From an uncultured Bacteroidaceae bacterium (GTDB taxonomy: Bacteria; Bacteroidota; Bacteroidia; Bacteroidales; GCA-2748055), in NCBI GenBank assembly GCA_964539395.1, contig CAZIIU010000003.1, positions 24,353 through 88,352 on the forward strand: DNA of 64,000 bases. Direction: 5' to 3'. Numbering within the stretch: the stretch's first letter is position 1; each line of letters begins with the position of its first letter. The position numbers and the translations under genes were made by a program. Under the pieces are notes generated by a model that saw only the letters and a program-made list of their open reading frames with translations, had not been told where the DNA came from and did no database searches. This document shows positions 61,601 to 64,000 of this stretch, in pieces.

Positions 61601-61789
61601 AGGATGTTCCTCCTGCCACACAATATTTTCATTTTGATAAATGCTTATCCTGACGGTTAAGGCCTTATCAATCAATGCATTTCCGTCGGAGTTTCTGGCT
61701 ACAGCCTGGTAATTGAATTTCCGCGGAGCCTGCGCAAATACTCCGCTTACCAGAACTGAAAAGACTATAAGCAGTAGATTTTTTCTCAC
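58622..61789 (-). CDS. Secreted tail-fibre-like repeat protein with C-terminal intramolecular-chaperone (peptidase S74-like) domain
   Basis: A signal peptide and a conserved N-terminal domain are followed by 3 copies of the KGVKGGFAVGGY module (41-aa period). Then come about 600 aa of a degenerate ~14-aa repeat (N-x-F-x-G-Y-x-A-G-x-x-N-T-T-G). The C-terminus has SDVRYKRDI...IGFIAQEVE...VDY followed by a coiled coil. Confidence 0.75.
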   Translation of the reverse strand: MRKNLLLIVFSVLVSGVFAQAPRKFNYQAVARNSDGNALIDKALTVRISIYQNENIVWQEEHPVNTNSLGHFALQVGEPGAINGTGSAGSFEGIDWSSGVYEMGVEVDAGDGFTAMGFSELVSVPFALQAANSDPADEIQELIFNDGILGLSKDPGHTTINIDNRIRNISGWEVEGENAVTARTVGIIPKSEQTETPLFEVRNDLGNPVFAVFNDGVMVYVDEDKKGVKGGFAVGGYNSVSKGVTQEYLRITPDSVRIYVPDVPATKGVKGGFAVGGYSSTSKGPTFNFLEVSSKETSILFDTTSLEKGVKGGFAVGGFSSGTKSEISQLMSLTPENYLIGQDAGANITRGLYNSFIGYQAGISNTTGSENIFLGRFAGYSNLDANENTFIGNSSGYSTTSGYGNVYIGNQAGFQSTSGYYNTFVGYQAGYRNATFYNSFFGYQSGYNTTTGKNNLALGWRAGFGGETGLTGSENIFMGSTSGYRNTSGGNNVFIGLSAGYSNTSGVNNIFLGNASGNNTADGSYNIYFGYRSGYHAGNGVTGDPSYNTFIGYQTGHNNRTGQYNTYIGYNAGYSGNNASGSNNVFIGDNTGVANISGYANVFIGNSAGSSNTTGYRNVFIGTSSGNANTTGQYNAFVGYLSGENNTTGTYNSFFGYRTGRYNTEGKWNSFYGFQAGYYNTTGENNSFFGPNCGFRNTTGSNNSFFGYYSGFNSTTGMRNTYLGYRAGFSGTSASGSDNVYIGVEAGSNNTTGSNNIGIGNLAGNSTTTGQYNVYIGPSSGTSNQSAYYNTFVGYRSGQNTTGGYNTMVGYLAGSSNTSGVNQAYLGYSAGANNTGSNNTFLGAESGYYSGSGSNNVYVGLAAGRACTGDYNVFIGRYAGYNEPDVNDHRLIVSNNYTGTDNYNNALIYGNFSANTLRFNAAVAADSYGYTSDVRYKRDILSIKNAISLVEALNGVYFNWKPDQFGANNRFNDNRQIGFIAQEVERVIPELVTTGEDGYKSVDYAKITAVLVQAFKEQQTEIEQLKAEKEKYAELEKKVKLLEEKLKILDNLAEK

Positions 61790-61949
61790 AATTATTTAAT
61801 TTAGTGTTAGGTTTATTTTGATTCGTCAGGTTCTCAATGATAAAACAATGTAAATTACGATATTTTGGTAAATCTGAACAGTGTTTTGGTTTTTTTTGAT
61901 AATGTCTGCATAGAACCGGTTTATTTACTTTCTAAATTGTACTTGTAAT

Positions 61950-62151
61950 ATATCAGCAGCTCGTTTACATGTTTTTAATTGAGCAAAATATCAGCACCTT
62001 GTTTACAGTGACACATTTACATATATGCTGATTCTTTTGAAATCCCCTCTTAATATCCCATTGAGGGGTTTTAAAAGAATCTTTTCGCTCTTGCATGACA
62101 GTTTGACTGTCAACGATGTGCTGATATTTTATGTAAACGATGTACTGATAT
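61950..62151. repeat. Four copies of a 20-bp motif, two direct followed by two inverted
   Basis: On the plus strand, ATATCAGCAGCTCGTTTACA lies at 61950-61969 and ATATCAGCACCTTGTTTACA at 61988-62007. The inverted copies lie at 62108-62127 and 62132-62151. The copies match at 17-18 of 20 positions. Confidence 0.75.
62044..62072 (+). terminator. Hairpin plus T run inside the motif-bracketed segment
   Basis: CCCCTC / GAGGGG forms a 6-bp stem with a 13-nt loop, followed by TTTT. It is a weak terminator-like element. Confidence 0.3.
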
Positions 62152-62521
62152 TTAACATGTACTACCTAATAATCATACAATTGGTTGCATTAATGATTAA
62201 TCATTTTGACTGAAATACCTGTTGCCTCCTCTGTCTGGAATCTTAAATGCAAGTACGTGACGAACCCAGCTATTAATTCTTCTGTTTGCTTTTGCTGCAC
62301 TGTAAATGCCCTTTTGAATAAGTACTGTGTTCTGTCGCTGACTCTCATAATGCAGGATATACGATGGTATCATCCGTTTAAACGGTTGATCATAATTGAA
62401 GGTTTGCAATATTTAACTGTGTTTGACGAATCTATTGTTATATTTGACCAACAAAATGCCTGGAGAATTACATCCTGAAGATGTTAATTTCTGTGCAGTA
62501 TTTTTAACAATAAAATTCTGA

Positions 62522-64000
62522 ATGATGAAGTTTCGGATCACGTTTTTCCTGTTTATAATCCTGTTTATCAACTGTATTCATGCCCGGAAGCCCGACTGGG
62601 AGGGCGGCTACCCCGAAGGTTGCACCTCTGTTACCGCCGGAAAGCTGGCAACGGCCGACGGATCCGTGATCACCTCGCATACAGATGACAGTCACCGCAC
62701 CCGCTCCTGGATGGATATACAACCCGCAGCAGCACATTCTCGCAGGGCGACCGTTACCATGTATAAAAGGGTGCCGAACGATTCCTTGAAAATGCCAACC
62801 TACGAACACACCCCTATAGGTGTGATCCCGCAGGTGCGAAATACATACCAGTACCTGAATACCGCTTATCCGTCGCTCAACGAAAAACAGCTGGCAATCG
62901 GTGAATCAACCTTCGGCGGAAGAGAGGAGCTGCAGTCGGATGCCGGACTGATCGACTGCCAGCGCCTGTGCCGGCTCATGCTTGAGCGCGCCGCTACAGC
63001 CAGGGAGGCGATCACCCTGGCAGGTGAACTGCTGAAGGAGTTCGGCTGGAATGATGCCGGGGAGTGCCTAACCATCGCCGACAAGAAGGAGGTGTGGCAC
63101 CTTGAGATCGTCGGTCCGGGTAAAGATAAGGTGGGAGCCGTATGGGTGGCGCAACGCGTACCCGATGAGCACATCTCGGTGAATGCCAATGCCTCCACGA
63201 TCAAGGAGATCAACCCCGACGATCCCGATCATTTCATGGCGAGCGGCAATATATACGATGTGGCACGTGAAAATGGCTGGTGGCAGGAGGGGGAAATCTT
63301 CAGGTTCTGCTATGTCTATGCACCGGAGAGCAGAACCTCCCTGGCTTCGAGGCGCAGGGAATGGAGGGTGTTCGACCTGGCGGCACCTTCACTCAAACTG
63401 GATCCGAATGCCGAGAACTATCCCTTCTCGGTGAAGCCCGACAGGAAGCTGATGCTGGAGGACCTGGTGGCGATTTTTTCCGATTATTACGAGGGAACGC
63501 CTTTCGATATGACAAAAGACCTCCTGGTACCGGACGATAGCGGGAGGATGGTGATCTCACCGCTGGCAAATCCGCATATGCCATACGATATGAACAAGAT
63601 GCTGCGGATCAACGGTGGCTGGGGATGGCGCGGGGAACGTACCATCGCACGCTGGTATACCATGTACGCAACGATCATTCAGTGCCGCGACTGGCTCCCC
63701 GATGAGATCGGCGGAGTGGCCTGGCTCGCGCTTGACAATGTGGCAACATCGATCTACATTCCCATCTATTGCTCGGTGGCCGATCTGCCCGAATCGTACA
63801 AAACACCCGGAAGGCCCAATGGCTACACGATGGAGTCGGCCTGGTGGGCATTCAACAGGCTGGGGACAATCACTGCGCAACGGTGGGGCGACATGCGGTA
63901 CGATGTGAGGGCCGTGTGGGACCTGTGGCAGGAGGAGCTGTTCAAAGAACAGCCACTGTTTGAACAAGGGGCACTGAGACTGTACGAGGAGCAACAATAT
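62522..64000 (+). CDS. C69-family dipeptidase (partial; the 3' end lies outside the window)
   Basis: I hand-translated this frame; it is absent from the ORF track because it runs off the window. The signal peptide is MMKFRITFFLFIILFINC. An Ntn-type Cys lies in EGCTSVTAG, followed by SHTDDS, IGESTFGGR and WHLEIVGPG. All 493 codons are open. Confidence 0.8.
   Translation, partial: MMKFRITFFLFIILFINCIHARKPDWEGGYPEGCTSVTAGKLATADGSVITSHTDDSHRTRSWMDIQPAAAHSRRATVTMYKRVPNDSLKMPTYEHTPIGVIPQVRNTYQYLNTAYPSLNEKQLAIGESTFGGREELQSDAGLIDCQRLCRLMLERAATAREAITLAGELLKEFGWNDAGECLTIADKKEVWHLEIVGPGKDKVGAVWVAQRVPDEHISVNANASTIKEINPDDPDHFMASGNIYDVARENGWWQEGEIFRFCYVYAPESRTSLASRRREWRVFDLAAPSLKLDPNAENYPFSVKPDRKLMLEDLVAIFSDYYEGTPFDMTKDLLVPDDSGRMVISPLANPHMPYDMNKMLRINGGWGWRGERTIARWYTMYATIIQCRDWLPDEIGGVAWLALDNVATSIYIPIYCSVADLPESYKTPGRPNGYTMESAWWAFNRLGTITAQRWGDMRYDVRAVWDLWQEELFKEQPLFEQGALRLYEEQQY

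Noticed and set aside
58622-61789. Prophage or contractile-injection-system locus implied by the tail-fibre-like gene
   Set aside because: The flanking genes are a GAF/MsrC-like reductase, a response regulator and a dipeptidase. No capsid, portal, terminase, sheath, baseplate or integrase genes occur within the window.
62197-62409. A 70-aa minus-strand ORF (MQTFNYDQPFKRMIPSYILHYESQRQNTV...) considered as a recombinase, toxin or transposase fragment next to the 20-bp motif array
   Set aside because: I could not match it to any integrase, invertase, RelE/HigB-type or transposase motif. It is overlapped by an equally long plus-strand ORF in AT-rich DNA. I leave it uncalled pending a homology search.

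Overview
This window looks like a core chromosomal segment of a Bacteroidota genome. The phylum call rests on a T9SS C-terminal sorting domain, the MoxR/DUF58/BatA-E operon, TAnnTTTG -7 boxes 19-36 nt upstream of several start codons, and DUF4293/DUF368 genes. It is densely packed with housekeeping genes: dnaA, pyrBI, rpsF-rpsR-rplI, dnaX, icd, ferritin, secA, dapA, ligA, argS, folD, ffh, aroE and truA. It also carries an LptD-like/amidase/MlaD envelope cluster, a BtuFCD-type ABC importer and the aerotolerance-type Bat operon. I recognised no rRNA, tRNA, CRISPR array, transposase or prophage.

I could not demonstrate any single novel multi-gene system. The items that most deserve a second look are:
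- An orphan cassette at 16.1-16.7 kb of two paralogous double-glycine-leader peptides plus a 49-aa membrane peptide. Two of the three ORFs fall below the ORF-track cutoff.
- A dnaX gene split exactly at an A11 tract, so the 0 frame gives a gamma-like product and tau needs a -1 shift.
- A strong orphan terminator in a 470-bp non-coding gap upstream of the argS promoter, which may mark an sRNA.
- A 1055-aa secreted tail-fibre-like repeat protein. About 160-360 bp upstream of its start lies a 200-bp segment bracketed by facing pairs of a 20-bp motif, which may be invertible or an operator.
- Several short tandem repeat families in intergenic DNA.

All functional calls come from reading the translated ORFs. 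No database search was run.
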